Counted from the first letter of the stretch, positions 10,813-22,296 are shown. The stretch: DNA of 64,000 nt from a candidate division FCPU426 bacterium (GCA_963771075.1 CAVYSE010000005.1:38684-102683), one strand, 5' to 3'. Program-made: numbers and translations. The notes: generated by a model from the sequence alone, not told the origin.

Positions 10813-11199
10813 TCAGGTTAAGTGGAAGAGCTTTTTTGCCTTGGGCACCGTCTCGCACATCAGACAGGGACCGCGGGAACATTGGGGACTGCGACCGCTC
10901 TCCAATAATTGAATCCGATGATCCCATTGGTTGATCCGGTAAACATGGGGGCCACAGCTGATCAGCAGGTCTTCCGGGACGGCGAATTTGAGGAAATATT
11001 CGCTTTTGGAGAAGAGGTAGACGTTCCGGAAGGTCTGGGCCAGGTTCACCACGTTGCATTGGGTGGGGTCGATATCGATGAAATAGAAACTGCGCCCAAA
11101 GGGTTTGTCAGTGGGCATCCAATAGGCAGGGGGGATTGGGTTCTTGCCCTTGGAAATGGTCTCGAAAACTCCTGCGGTGGCGTATTGAAACAAGTACAT
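10813..11199 (-). CDS. Hypothetical protein
   Basis: 128-aa ORF with an RBS-like GGAG upstream. No recognised family. Confidence 0.45.
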   Translation of the reverse strand: MYLFQYATAGVFETISKGKNPIPPAYWMPTDKPFGRSFYFIDIDPTQCNVVNLAQTFRNVYLFSKSEYFLKFAVPEDLLISCGPHVYRINQWDHRIQLLESGRSPQCSRGPCLMCETVPKAKKLFHLT

Positions 11200-11798
11200 G
11201 GGAGACTCCTTCTGCTCCCCCGCAATTAAAATAACTTCAACCCGAAATTTGATTTATGATTTGCGTCAAGGCTTCATTTCGACAAAACAACCGTTCCGAT
11301 TCAACCGTGGAGCCGTGAGGGGCCCTAATGGAACCATGATTCTCAAATGAGTGATTTCTTTATAAGCTTTATGGAAAGTCGGCATAGGAATCCCGTGTTT
11401 TTCGGTTATTTTTGGCTATTAACTTGAGATTGCCTTGCCGACATTCAACAAATAAATAATGAGGTTGGTATAGTCCCGTTTTCTTTTGCCCTTTGGACCA
11501 AAGGGGACAATGACAACCCTAAGGTACACTACCGCTTCTTTTGATGGGTCTTTGGTTTAAAAGGCTTGGGTTGAATTTCCGTTCATTTTCTGGTTTCTTT
11601 ACTGAAAAAAGGTTCTCTTCTACCTGACTCCTGTAAAATATCGACTACTTTAGCTAACCCAAAGGTGGCTGGGTTTCCGGTTTCAGCCCGGGAAGTAGAG
11701 ATAAACCTTTCGGCTTTTAAAGAAAATCGTTGGTTTTCTTCGCGTCTTCGCGGTGAAAAATCCTGATTTTATTCAAATTCTTCGTTCGGAACGGTGAC

Positions 11799-13671
11799 GT
11801 GCCTCGTCGAAAACCTCCCCATCCTAAATATGGCGCCTCGCCCGAGAAGAAGATCAGCGTTCTTCATTCCATCGTGACCATCGCCTTCGCGGCTATCTTT
11901 TGCAAGCTGTTTTACCTTCAGATCCTTAACTATCCGACTTATCGATCCCTATCGGACTCCAACAGCCTCCGGTTGATCTCCGAAAAGGCGCCCCGGGGCA
12001 TCATCACCGACCGAAACGGCGAGATCCTCGCCACCAACATTCCCACCTACTCCCTCTTCTTGGTGCCCGCGGACATCAAAAGTTATGAAAATACCCTTGT
12101 CCTCTTGAGCCAGATCCTGGGAGAGCCCCTCCAGGACTTGGAAATCCTCATCCAAAGCCGCCGTCGAACCCGTAGGTTCGAGCCGATTCGCCTGGAGTCC
12201 CACCTGGACGATTCCCTGATCGCCAAGATCTCGGAGAACCTGGTGCGCCTCCCAGGGATATATATCCAAATGGAGCCTGAAAGGTATTACCCCCATGGCA
12301 ACCTGGCTTCCCACCTTTTAGGCTATATCGGCGAGATCAGCGAGGGCGACCTGGCCCGAATGCGGGAGTCGGGATACCAGGTGGGGGATTGGGTGGGTAA
12401 AAAGGGGGTTGAAAGAACCTACGACAAGATTCTGCGGGGCCAAAACGGCGGGGTGGAAGTGGAGGTGGATGCCTCGGGCATCCAACGGCGCACCCTGGAC
12501 TACCTCAAACCCATCCAGGGCCAGACGCTCATGCTGACCATCGACTGGAAGATCCAGAAGCTGGCCGAGGATTTAATGGGGGACCAGGTCGGTTCGATCA
12601 TCGTGAACAACCCCAAAACGGGCGATATCCTGGCCATGGTGAGCAAACCCAATTTCGATCCAAACGACTTTGTCAGCGGCATTTCCTTCAAGGATTGGAA
12701 CCACCTCTTGCAGGACAAGAACCGCCCCCTGGAAAACCGCGCCATCCAGGGCCAGTACCCGCCGGGTTCCATATTCAAGCTCATTACCGCTTTGGCGGCC
12801 CTGGAGGACGGCGTCGCCGACTTCGACAAGGTGTTCCTTTGCCGGGGGATCTTCTGGTACAAGACCTGGCCTTACCGCTGTTGGCGCACCTCGGGCCACG
12901 GCTGGATGAACCTGAAAAACGCCATTATCGAATCCTGCGATATTTTCTTTTATCAGCTTGGGTTATTGGTCAAGGTCGATAAGATTTACAAGGTGGCCCG
13001 GTCCCTTGGGCTTGGAAACAAGACGGGCATCGATCTGGACTCGGAGGTACAGGGCCTGGTGCCCAACCCCCGGTGGAAGGAAAGCACCCAGCACATGCCC
13101 TGGTTCCCGGGGAATACCATCCAGATGAGCATCGGCCAGGGATACCTGCTCACCACCCCCCTCCAGATGCTGGACGTGACTTCCGGCCTGGCTATGAACG
13201 GAAAAATCTATCAGCCCCACCTGATTTTCCGGGTGGTGGACCTGAAGACAGGACGGTCGATCTATGAAAAGCAGCCCGAAGTATTGCAGGAAGCGGATCT
13301 GAACCCCAAATTCCTGGATTTCATCAAGGCCACCATGCAGGAGGTGGTGAGTTCGGACCGGGGAACGGGCAAGAAGGCCCGGTTGAAAGGGAGTCAACGT
13401 GGCGGGGAAGACGGGAACCTCGGAAAACCCCCATGGGGACAATCACGCTTGGTTTACCTCCTACGCGCCGGCGGAAGACCCGCAGGTGGCGGACATCGTG
13501 CTGGTGGAGAACGGCGGGGAAGGCGGCGTGGTGGCGGCCCCCATCGCGAAACGCCTGATGGAGCAGGCCCTCGGGATGGAGGTGACGCCCTGGGAAAATC
13601 CTGTCGCTACCCCGGGTGTCTCCTCGGGTCCCCAGCCCGCCCCGACGGTGGTCATGGGGGTAGCGCCATGA
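11799..13671 (+). CDS. mrdA: Penicillin-binding protein 2 (frameshift near 13385-13392)
   Basis: APRGIITDRNG, SxxK (GSIFK) and SCD motifs. The KTG motif (AGKTGTS) continues in the 13399-13671 frame. Confidence 0.92.
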
Positions 13672-14774
13672 AGAGTTATCTAAGGTCCATGGATTGGGTC
13701 TTGATCGGAATGGTTTTAGCGCTATCGATCATTGGTTCGGTCGTGGTTTATTCCGCCACGATCCACAACCCGGATATTTCCAACCTTTGGAGGAAGCAGA
13801 TCTTCTGGTTCAGCATCTCCCTCGCGGTAATGTGGCTATTCTCCCGTATTGATTACCGTTTTTGGATGGAGGCCTCCTACATTTTTTACACTATTTCCGT
13901 TATCTCCCTGATCGTGGTGCTTTTTATCGGGGACGAGACCAACGGCGCCAAACGATGGATCAGGCTGGGCTTTTTTTCCTATCAGCCTTCCGAATTGGCA
14001 AAATTATCCATCATCCTGGTATTGGCCCGTTATATCGGAAGCCGCACGATCGAGATGTTCTACCTGAGGCGCTTTTTCCTTCTCCTCGCCATCCTGGGAT
14101 TTCCCCTTTTGTTGATCTTGAAACAACCCGATTTGGGTTCCGCCCTTCTCCTGGTGCCGGCCTCGTTGGTGATGATGTATGTGGGCGGGGTGCAGGGGCG
14201 ACGATTGATGTGGATGTTCATCTTGGGGGCCGCTTCCTGCCCGCTCATCTGGCATTTCTTGAAGGATTACCAAAAGGAAAGGTTGGAGGTTTTCATCAGC
14301 CCCTCGGATGACCCGCTCGGCGCGGGGTACAACATCATCCAGTCGGTCATCGCCATTGGTTCGGGGGGGGTGGCGGGGAAGGGGTTTTTGCAGGGCAGCC
14401 AGACCCAGCTTTCTTTCATTCCCGAGCACCATACGGATTTCATCTTCTCGGTGGTGGGCGAGGAATGGGGATTCGTGGGCTGCCTGGTGGTGCTGGCTAT
14501 TTACTATTTCATGATCCAAAAGGCCGTTGAAATCGCCCGCAAGGCCCGTGACCGGGAAGGTTCCCTGTTGGCCCTGGGAATCGCCACCATGTTCGCGGTG
14601 CAGGTCATCGTGAATGTGGGCATGACCCTGGGTCTCCTGCCGGTGGCGGGTTTGACCCTGCCCTTCGTAAGCTATGGAGGGTCTTCATTGGTCTTTAGCT
14701 ACGCGGCCATCGGGGTGGTGCTGAATATCTCTTATGCCAACCGCCGGCCGGTTTTGATTGGCCGAAACGCATAA
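13668..14774 (+). CDS. rodA: Rod shape-determining protein RodA
   Basis: ATGA overlap with the mrdA stop. Motifs GAKRWI, QPSELAK, QPDLGSA, IPEHHTDFIF, LPFVSYGGSS. Confidence 0.95.
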   Translation: MKSYLRSMDWVLIGMVLALSIIGSVVVYSATIHNPDISNLWRKQIFWFSISLAVMWLFSRIDYRFWMEASYIFYTISVISLIVVLFIGDETNGAKRWIRLGFFSYQPSELAKLSIILVLARYIGSRTIEMFYLRRFFLLLAILGFPLLLILKQPDLGSALLLVPASLVMMYVGGVQGRRLMWMFILGAASCPLIWHFLKDYQKERLEVFISPSDDPLGAGYNIIQSVIAIGSGGVAGKGFLQGSQTQLSFIPEHHTDFIFSVVGEEWGFVGCLVVLAIYYFMIQKAVEIARKARDREGSLLALGIATMFAVQVIVNVGMTLGLLPVAGLTLPFVSYGGSSLVFSYAAIGVVLNISYANRRPVLIGRNA

Positions 14775-14788
14775 AACCAAAAGGCGAT

Positions 14789-14928
14789 TTTCACCGCCAA
14801 GACACCAAATCACCAAGAATGGCGAAAATGTTTTTCCGGAAAGTAGAAAAAATCTTAACTCGAATGAATTTTAGACTTAAGCTTTAACCGCATTTTACTT
14901 TTGGTTTTCTTAGTGTCTTGGTGGTAAA
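14789..14928. repeat. GxxExxY-type inverted-repeat MITE
   Basis: TTTCACCGCCAAGACACCAA...TTAGTGTCTTGGTGGTAAA terminal inverted repeats around an AT-rich spacer. Confidence 0.65.
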
Positions 14929-14987
14929 TCATTGGTTTGACCGTAAGCTGTTTGGGTTTGTTATACTTCCCGTCGAACGGAGCAGAA

Positions 14988-15446
14988 ATGGCTGAAACCT
15001 ATACCCAACTCACCCCTAAAAAAGGCTGGTTGATCTTTGCCGCTTGTTGGGTAGTTAGTTTTTTCCTTATTTATGGTCTTCGCCAAGCCCTTATCCCTAA
15101 GGAAGAGCTGGATTGTTACGCCCGGGTCCCGGTTTTCCAGAAGGCGGTGGATGCCTGGAACAAGGCCAATCCGGGCCAATCCGTTACCGAGTTGATCGAC
15201 GAGAACGCGTTGGTGAAGGCGGGCTATTTGCCAGCGGGGGACCTGAACTACGATCATGACCGCCATTTCTACTTCGTTGGGCAGACCGCCCATGGGCCCA
15301 GGGTGAAGTGCAATAAGGATGAGGATAACCCGATGATCTTGAAATTAACGGGGGATACCCTCATCGCGGTTCTATTGTTCCTGGTCTATTGCTCAAATAA
15401 GAAATATGCGCTGTTTTCAGACGAGTTGGAATCAGAAAAGCAATAA
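14988..15446 (+). CDS. Hypothetical membrane protein (two TM helices)
   Basis: RBS GGAG before MAETYTQ. Hydrophobic N- and C-terminal segments. Confidence 0.65.
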   Translation: MAETYTQLTPKKGWLIFAACWVVSFFLIYGLRQALIPKEELDCYARVPVFQKAVDAWNKANPGQSVTELIDENALVKAGYLPAGDLNYDHDRHFYFVGQTAHGPRVKCNKDEDNPMILKLTGDTLIAVLLFLVYCSNKKYALFSDELESEKQ

Positions 15447-15648
15447 GCGATGAACCCACTATTTTTTGATTGTGGGTTTTTATCATGCTTTGTCCGGCTT
15501 GTGGTGTGAAGGAATTAATTAGAAACAGTACAACTGATTGTCTGAAATGTCATTTGTTGTTAGATGAGTTTATGTACCCATTAATAGAACTGCATCGATA
15601 TCACTGAGTCGAGTCGTTTAAGACACTTAATTAAAGAAAGGCAACAAA

Positions 15649-16569
15649 ATGTCCGAAGTTCTCATTGTCGGTTCGGTGGCTTATGACGGTTTGACGACCC
15701 CCTACGGCTCAACCCCCAGGACCCTGGGCGGATCCTGCACCTATTCAAGCCTGGCGTCTTCCTTATATACAAAGACCCATATCGTGGGGGTGGTGGGGCA
15801 GGACTTCCGGACGGAAGACATCCAGTTGTTGAAGTCCAAAAAGATCGGGATCGAGGGCCTTGAAAGGGCCAAGGGAAAGACCTTCTTCTGGAAAGGGCAC
15901 TATAAGAAGGAAGACATGAACGTGGCGATCACGGAAAAGACCGAATTGAACGTTTTCGCGCAGTTCAACCCTAAGATTCCCGCCCAGGACCGGAAGATCC
16001 CCTTCCTTTTCCTGGCCAATATCCATCCGGCCCTGCAAATGAACGTCTTGAAACAGGTCCAAAAGCCCAAGTTCGCCTTGCTCGACACCATGAACCTGTG
16101 GATCAACATCGCCAAGAAGGACCTGCTGAAGGTCATGAAGAAGGTGGACCTGATGGTCCTGAATGACCAGGAAGTGCGCATGTTGACGGGGGTTTTGAAC
16201 CTGAAGGAGGCCGCCAAGGCCGTGTTGAGGCTCGGGCCCAAGCGGGTCATCGTGAAGAAGGGCGAGCATGGGGCCATGTTGATCGGCCCGGAGGGGCTCT
16301 TCCTGACGCCCGCCATGCCCCTGGACAAGGTGGTGGACCCGACGGGAGCCGGCGACACCTTCGCCGGGGGTTTCATCGGTTACCTGGCCAAACGGGGAAC
16401 CGTGAACCTGGAAAGCCTCAAGCAAGCCATCGTGGCGGGAACCTTGACCGCTTCCTTCACGGTGCAGGCCCTGGGAGTGAAGGGTGTGGCGGGTTTGACC
16501 TTGGGTAAGGTGCGCCAAAGGGCCAAAGAATTTTATCGATTTGCCAGTCTTCCTCTCATAAAATTGTGA
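15649..16569 (+). CDS. PfkB-family carbohydrate/nucleoside kinase
   Basis: VGSVAYD, LGGS and DPTGAGDTFAGG signature. Confidence 0.93.
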   Translation: MSEVLIVGSVAYDGLTTPYGSTPRTLGGSCTYSSLASSLYTKTHIVGVVGQDFRTEDIQLLKSKKIGIEGLERAKGKTFFWKGHYKKEDMNVAITEKTELNVFAQFNPKIPAQDRKIPFLFLANIHPALQMNVLKQVQKPKFALLDTMNLWINIAKKDLLKVMKKVDLMVLNDQEVRMLTGVLNLKEAAKAVLRLGPKRVIVKKGEHGAMLIGPEGLFLTPAMPLDKVVDPTGAGDTFAGGFIGYLAKRGTVNLESLKQAIVAGTLTASFTVQALGVKGVAGLTLGKVRQRAKEFYRFASLPLIKL

Positions 16570-16641
16570 CCCAACCACGCAAATTCAAAGCCTAAGCGCG
16601 TAAGGCAAACCCTTCGCGCTTAAGTTTTATAGGGACCCCCC

Positions 16642-17823
16642 ATGGCCATCCAGACCGAATCCAAACTCATCAAGAACTTTCCGCCTTATATTTTCGCCCG
16701 TTTGAACGCCGAAAGGCTGGCGGCCCGGCAGAAGGGCATCGATGTCATTGACTTCACCATGGGCAACCCGGATTCACCGACTCCCCAGCCGATCGTGGAC
16801 AAGCTGATTGAGGTGGTGCACGATAAAAAGTCCCACCGTTATTCCACTTCCAAGGGCATCCCGGCCTATTTGAAGGCGGTCTCCCGCTGGTATGACCGCA
16901 AATACGGCGTTTCCATCAACCCCAAGACCGAGGCCGTGTCCGTCATCGGCTCCAAGGAGGGAATCGCCCACCTGGGGTTGGCGGTCATTAACCGGGGCGA
17001 TCAGGTCTATGTGCCCGATCCAACCTATCCCATTCATCAATACAGCATCGTCATCGCGGGCGGGAAGCTTGTCCGAATACCGCTCTTGGGCGGCCCGGAG
17101 GATTTCCTGAAGCGGCTTGAAAAAGCCACTGCCAAGCGCGGCGCCAAACCCAAGATGCTCATCATTAATTTCCCCCATAACCCCACCACCATGTGCGTGG
17201 AAGCGGCTTTTTTTAACGAAATCGTCAAGTGGGCCAAGCGCCACCAAGTGATGGTGGTGCATGACCTGGCTTATGCCGACATTGTTTTTGACGATTACAA
17301 GTCGCCCAGCTTTCTGGCGACCCCCGGCGCCAAGGATGTGGGCGTGGAGGTCTTCACCCTTTCCAAGTCATACAACATGGCGGGTTGGCGCATCGGGTTC
17401 TGCGCCGGCAATGAAAAGGTCATCGCTTCCTTGGCCCGAATCAAAAGTTACATGGATTACGGAATCTTCACACCCATTCAGGTGGCCGCCATTACGGCCC
17501 TGGATAGCCTGGAGGAAAACCTCCATAAACTGGCGGCTGTTTACCAGGAACGGCGGGATATCATGGTGGACGGCATGAACAAGATGGGCTGGCCGGTGGA
17601 GAAACCCCGGGCCGCGATGTATCTCTGGGCCAAGATACCCCGCAAATTCGCCCATATGACCTCGATGGATTTCAGCATGCTGCTCTTAAAGGAAGCCGAG
17701 GCCGCTGTTTCGCCAGGTACGGGTTTTGGGAAGCTGGGTGAAGGCTACGTGCGCATCGCACTGGTGGAAAACAAGGACCGGATTCGGCAGGCCTTGAGGA
17801 ACATCAAAAAACTTTTTTCATAA
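16642..17823 (+). CDS. Class I/II PLP aminotransferase (AlaC/LL-DAP aminotransferase-like)
   Basis: MGNPD, GSKEGIAH, NFPHNPT, DLAY, SKSYNMAGWRIG. Confidence 0.9.
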   Translation: MAIQTESKLIKNFPPYIFARLNAERLAARQKGIDVIDFTMGNPDSPTPQPIVDKLIEVVHDKKSHRYSTSKGIPAYLKAVSRWYDRKYGVSINPKTEAVSVIGSKEGIAHLGLAVINRGDQVYVPDPTYPIHQYSIVIAGGKLVRIPLLGGPEDFLKRLEKATAKRGAKPKMLIINFPHNPTTMCVEAAFFNEIVKWAKRHQVMVVHDLAYADIVFDDYKSPSFLATPGAKDVGVEVFTLSKSYNMAGWRIGFCAGNEKVIASLARIKSYMDYGIFTPIQVAAITALDSLEENLHKLAAVYQERRDIMVDGMNKMGWPVEKPRAAMYLWAKIPRKFAHMTSMDFSMLLLKEAEAAVSPGTGFGKLGEGYVRIALVENKDRIRQALRNIKKLFS

Positions 17824-17846
17824 ACCCAGAGACAAGGCAAACATTA

Positions 17847-18394
17847 TTACCACAGAGGTACAGAGACACAGAGAACGGCAAGAATAATTGGATTTAGATA
17901 AACCAGAGGCAGTCACCCAAGACGGCAAACCTTTTTACCATTGAGACATAAAGAAAGCCCTACATGGCGGAAATCCGGAAACCAATACCTGCAGAACTGA
18001 ATGGAATTACTGCAAAAATAGTAGATGCCGCCTATGAAGTGCATTCGGATTTCAGGCCCTGGTTTGATTGAAAGTATTTACGAATCATGTTTGACCTATG
18101 AACTGACCCGCCGTGAAATAAGATTCGAGAGACAAAAAACAGTGCCAGTTCATTATAAAGACGTTTCCTTTGATCAAGCTTTGCGCGTGGATCTGTTGGT
18201 TGAGGATAAAATCATCGTTGAATTGAAAGCGGTGGAAAAATTATTGCCGGTTCACGAAGCCCAAATTTTGACTTATTTGAAACTTATGGATTGCAGGGTA
18301 GGGTAACTTGTTAACTTTAATGTGCCTTTACTTAAACAAGGGATCAAAAGAATAGTTTTATAATAATGAGTTCTTCTCTGCGTCTCTGTGGTAA
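17847..18394 (+). mobile_element. GxxExxY element: disrupted gene flanked by inverted repeats
   Basis: Left end TTACCACAGAGGTACAGAGACACAGAGAA (17847-17875) and right end TTCTCTGCGTCTCTGTGGTAA (18374-18394) enclose an AT-rich GxxExxY gene. Confidence 0.6.
17964..18363 (+). pseudogene. GxxExxY family PD-(D/E)XK nuclease-like protein, disrupted
   Basis: AAYEVH, then a frameshift near 18050 into GPGLIESIYE...RVDLLVEDKIIVELKAV...AQILTYLK. An internal TAA at 18304 precedes LVNFN. Confidence 0.85.
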
Positions 18395-18463
18395 AAATGA
18401 GGTGTGGATTTTAAAGGTTGGTTAATGATTCTCTGTGGTGAAATCTCTTTTTTGAGGTGCAAA

Positions 18464-19630
18464 ATGGAAATCTCGATCCGTATGAAGGGTGTGGCGCCCT
18501 CAATGACCCTGGCCATCGACGCGAAGGCGAAAAAATTGAAGGAAGAAGGCCTGGATATCCTCAATTTCGGCGCCGGAGAGCCTGATTTCAACACGCCCGG
18601 CCCCATTTGCGAGGCCGCCAAGAAGGCCATCGACGAAGGCCACCACAAGTACACGCCGGTTCCCGGCACCGTGGAATTGCGCAAGGCCATTTGCCAATAC
18701 CTGGAAAAAGAATACAAGGTTAAATACGAACCGGGGGAGATCGTCGCCTCTTGCGGGGCCAAGCATTCCCTCTATAACGTATTCATGGCGGTGATTAACC
18801 CGGGGGACGAGGTCCTGATCCCGTCGCCTTTCTGGGTCAGCTACCCCGAGCAGGTGAAGCTGGCGGGAGGGGTCCCGGTTTATGTCGAGTGCCCGGAATC
18901 GGATGAGTTCAAATTGACCGCCGCGTTCCTTCAATCCAAGATCACTCCGAAGACCAAGGCGCTGGTCCTCAATTCGCCCAGCAACCCGACGGGAGCGGTG
19001 GTGGGACGCAAGGCCATGGAGGGGATCGCCGAGCTGGTCCTTAAACACAAACTCATCGTCATCTCCGACGAGATCTATTCCAAGCTGGTTTACGGGGAAG
19101 AACACGTTTGCTTTCCCTCCCTCTCAAAGGAAATCGCGGCCCAAACGATTCTGATCAACGGCATGTCCAAGGCCTTCGCCATGACGGGCTGGCGTTTGGG
19201 TTACGCGGCGGGACCCGCCAACATCATGAAGGCGGTCGGCGACCTTCAGGGGCAGTCCACCTCCAACCCCACCTCGATCGTTCAAAAAGCGGGCGTGGCG
19301 GCCTTGGCCTTGCCCGATTCGGAGATCCAGAAGATGGTGGAGGTATTCCGCAAGCGCCGGGACATGATCGTGGATGGCCTGAACGCTATTCCCGGGATTC
19401 GATGCCTGAAGCCGGCGGGCGCTTTTTACGTGTTTCCGAACATAAAGGGGCTCCTGAAACCAGGGCGGGCCACCTCCATGGAGCTTTCGGAATTTCTCCT
19501 CGACAAGGCCAAGGTAGCCCTTACGCCGGGCATCGCCTTCGGCGCGGAAGGCTATATGCGGATGTCCTATGCCACGAGTGAGAAGGCCATTTTGGAGGGC
19601 CTGAAGAGGATCCGGGAACATGCCGTGTGA
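18464..19630 (+). CDS. aspC: Aspartate aminotransferase (class I PLP)
   Basis: GAGEPDF, NSPSNPTG, SDEIY, SKAFAMTGWRLGY. Confidence 0.88.
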   Translation: MEISIRMKGVAPSMTLAIDAKAKKLKEEGLDILNFGAGEPDFNTPGPICEAAKKAIDEGHHKYTPVPGTVELRKAICQYLEKEYKVKYEPGEIVASCGAKHSLYNVFMAVINPGDEVLIPSPFWVSYPEQVKLAGGVPVYVECPESDEFKLTAAFLQSKITPKTKALVLNSPSNPTGAVVGRKAMEGIAELVLKHKLIVISDEIYSKLVYGEEHVCFPSLSKEIAAQTILINGMSKAFAMTGWRLGYAAGPANIMKAVGDLQGQSTSNPTSIVQKAGVAALALPDSEIQKMVEVFRKRRDMIVDGLNAIPGIRCLKPAGAFYVFPNIKGLLKPGRATSMELSEFLLDKAKVALTPGIAFGAEGYMRMSYATSEKAILEGLKRIREHAV

Positions 19631-19795
19631 GGTTGGCGGTATTGGAGGTGCGCGGAAGGGCCCGGAAGGGCTTTCGCTTGAAGTGAACCCCGTTTTCCCC
19701 TAATCTATAACTCCTTTCCTAGAAAACGCCCCAAACTCGCTTGGTTTTGGGGCGTTTTGCTATTTATCCCAATTCGATGGTTCGGAGAAAAAGGA

Positions 19796-21118
19796 ATGGC
19801 GGACAACAAGTCAATCATCCAGGTCGGTATGATCGGTTTCGGGACCGTAGGCCAGGGGGTTTACCGCCTCCTGGAAAAAAACCGGTCCGAGATCGAAGCC
19901 AAGATCGGCGCGCCGATCCGGATCAAGAAGATCATCGATAAGGACTGGAGCCTGCCGCGGGATGTCTCCGTGCCTGAGGAAATGAAAGGCACCCAGTTCG
20001 ACGAGATCGTCACCGACCCCGATATCGACATCATTCTGGAGCTCATCGGGGGCTATGAGCCCGCCCGCACCTTCATCCTGGACGCCATGCGCCGGGGGAA
20101 GCACGTAGTCACCGCCAACAAGGCGGTGCTTTCGGTTCATTGGGATGAGATCATCCAGACCGCCCGCCAGCACAAGGTGGACATTTATTTCGAGGCCGCG
20201 GTTTGCAGCGGCACGCCGGTCATCCAGGCCATCAACGATGGGCTCGCCCCCAACAACATCATCTCCATCTACGGGATCCTGAACGGCACCAGCAATTTCG
20301 TGCTCCAGAAGATGACGGAGGAGAAGAAAACCTTCAAGGAAGCCATCCAGATGGCCCAGAAGAAAGGCCTGGCGGAGGCCGACCCCACGCTGGACATCAA
20401 CGGCATGGACGCGGCCCACAAGCTTTCCATCCTGGCCTCCCTGGCCTTTTCCAAGCGCGTCAAGGTCGAGGACATCTACGTGGAGGGGATCGAGCGGATC
20501 TCGGCCCAGGACATCGACTTCGCCCGGGAAGAATTCGGCCGGGTGGTCAAATTGTTCGCGATCGCCGAGCTGGAAGGGGACGAGCTGGAGGTGCGGGTGC
20601 ATCCCACCCTCATCCCCGCGGACCACCTGCTGGCCAAGGTGGATGGCGAGTATAACGGCGTGTTGGTGAAGGGCGACTGGATCGGGACCACCATGTACTA
20701 CGGGCTGGGCGCCGGGCAGAGGCCGACCGCCTCGGGTGTGGTTTCGGACCTGATTTACGTGAGCCGGGCCGTGCATGACAACATCGCGGGCGAGATTTCA
20801 AACGCCTGGTTTCTCAGCGACAACCCGCAGATCAAGCGTATCCGTAAGATGAGCGACGTGAAATGCCGCTACTACCTGAAATTCACCGTGCTGGACCAGG
20901 TGGGCGTGTTGTCCAACATTTCCCGCATCTTGGGTGAGCACCAGATCTCCATCGCCTCCGTCATCCAAAAAGAGCAAAAGAAGGGCGACAAGGTGCCGGT
21001 GGTGATCGTGACCTATGAGGCCCAGGAAAAGAACGTCCAGGAAGCCCTCAAGAAGATCAACGGCCTTCCTTTCGTGCAAGAAGAGACCCTCCTCATACGC
21101 ATGGACCGAGGCGAATAA
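19796..21118 (+). CDS. hom: Homoserine dehydrogenase with ACT domain
   Basis: GFGTVG, VVTANKA, GILNGTSN, EADPTLDING, C-terminal ACT domain. Confidence 0.96.
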   Translation: MADNKSIIQVGMIGFGTVGQGVYRLLEKNRSEIEAKIGAPIRIKKIIDKDWSLPRDVSVPEEMKGTQFDEIVTDPDIDIILELIGGYEPARTFILDAMRRGKHVVTANKAVLSVHWDEIIQTARQHKVDIYFEAAVCSGTPVIQAINDGLAPNNIISIYGILNGTSNFVLQKMTEEKKTFKEAIQMAQKKGLAEADPTLDINGMDAAHKLSILASLAFSKRVKVEDIYVEGIERISAQDIDFAREEFGRVVKLFAIAELEGDELEVRVHPTLIPADHLLAKVDGEYNGVLVKGDWIGTTMYYGLGAGQRPTASGVVSDLIYVSRAVHDNIAGEISNAWFLSDNPQIKRIRKMSDVKCRYYLKFTVLDQVGVLSNISRILGEHQISIASVIQKEQKKGDKVPVVIVTYEAQEKNVQEALKKINGLPFVQEETLLIRMDRGE

Positions 21119-22180
21119 ATGGCATTCTGGCGCGGCGTCATCGAAGAATATCGTTCCTACCTTCCGGTCTCGGAGAAAACCCCGGTGGTTACCCTGAAAG
21201 AGGGCGACACCCCGCTGATCTACGGGCCCCGCATTTCGGAAAAGCTCGGGAACGGCTTGAAGGTTTATTTCAAATTCGAGGGTTTGAATCCCACGGGGTC
21301 CTTCAAGGACCGCGGAATGACCCTGGCCATGTCCAAGGCCGCGGAAGAGGGGGCGAAGGTGGTGGTTTGCGCCTCCACGGGAAACACCTCGGCGGCGGCC
21401 GCCGCCTATTCGGCCCACGCGGGCATTTCATGCGCGGTCTTCCTGCCCCACGGCTCCATCGCGTTGGGCAAGCTGGCCCAATCCATGATCTATGGCGCCC
21501 AGGTTATTGCGGTGGAGGGGAATTTCGACCAGGCCTTGACCCTCACCCGGCAGCTGGCCGACCAGTACCCCGTCACGATGGTGAATTCCAACAATCCCTA
21601 CCGCCTGCAGGGACAAAAAACCGCGGCCTTTGAGATCATCGATACCCTGGGCGACGCGCCCGAATACCACGCCATCCCCGTGGGGAACGCCGGAAACATT
21701 ACCGCCTATTGGATGGGCTACCGGGAATACCATGAAAAAGGCCTTTCCAAGCGGCTTCCTAAAATGTGCGGTTTCCAAGCCGATGGATCGGCCCCCATCG
21801 TGAAGGGCCACGTGATCGAGGATCCCCATACCCTCGCGACCGCCATCAAGATCGGCAATCCATTCTCCTGGAAAAAGGCGGAAGAGGCCCGGGACCAATC
21901 CAAGGGCTTGATCGAGGCCGTGACCGACGAGGAAATCCTGGAGGCCTACCAGATGATGGCCTCGATGGAAGGCATCTTTTGCGAACCGGCTTCCGCCGCG
22001 TCCCTGGCGGGGGTGATCAAGAAGAACAAAACGGGCTATTTCACCGACGGGGAGCGTCGGATCGTCTGTACCCTGACCGGGCACGGCCTGAAAGACCCGG
22101 ACCGGGCGGTCATGATGTGCGCCAAGCCCGAAGTGGTGAAGCCTGAAATGGGTTCTATTCTCAAGGCGTTAAAGCTTTAG
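21119..22180 (+). CDS. thrC: Threonine synthase
   Basis: NPTGSFKDRGM, CASTGNTS, PVGNAGN, TGHGLKD. Confidence 0.95.
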   Translation: MAFWRGVIEEYRSYLPVSEKTPVVTLKEGDTPLIYGPRISEKLGNGLKVYFKFEGLNPTGSFKDRGMTLAMSKAAEEGAKVVVCASTGNTSAAAAAYSAHAGISCAVFLPHGSIALGKLAQSMIYGAQVIAVEGNFDQALTLTRQLADQYPVTMVNSNNPYRLQGQKTAAFEIIDTLGDAPEYHAIPVGNAGNITAYWMGYREYHEKGLSKRLPKMCGFQADGSAPIVKGHVIEDPHTLATAIKIGNPFSWKKAEEARDQSKGLIEAVTDEEILEAYQMMASMEGIFCEPASAASLAGVIKKNKTGYFTDGERRIVCTLTGHGLKDPDRAVMMCAKPEVVKPEMGSILKALKL

Positions 22181-22190
22181 AAAAAAACAT

Positions 22191-22268
22191 TTACCAAAGA
22201 GGCACAGAGACTCAGGGAAAACCAAAAGGATTGATTTAACCATAAATTCCTCTGTGGCTCTGTGGTGA
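22191..22268. repeat. GxxExxY-type inverted-repeat MITE
   Basis: TTACCAAAGAGGCACAGAG...CTCTGTGGCTCTGTGGTGA, the same family as the ends at 17847 and 18374. Confidence 0.7.
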
Positions 22269-22296
22269 GAGGTTTAGATTTAAAAAGGAAAAGAAT

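Noticed and set aside
11200-11798. 600-bp AT-rich intergenic region
   Set aside because: No ORF, RNA motif or clear repeat is recognisable apart from one half IR at 11737.
11799-14774. Apparent 991-aa PBP2-RodA fusion
   Set aside because: The KTG motif and PBP2 C-terminus are in another frame (13399-13671) and rodA has its own ATGA-coupled start. One extra base near 13388 explains the fusion and is most likely a sequencing error.
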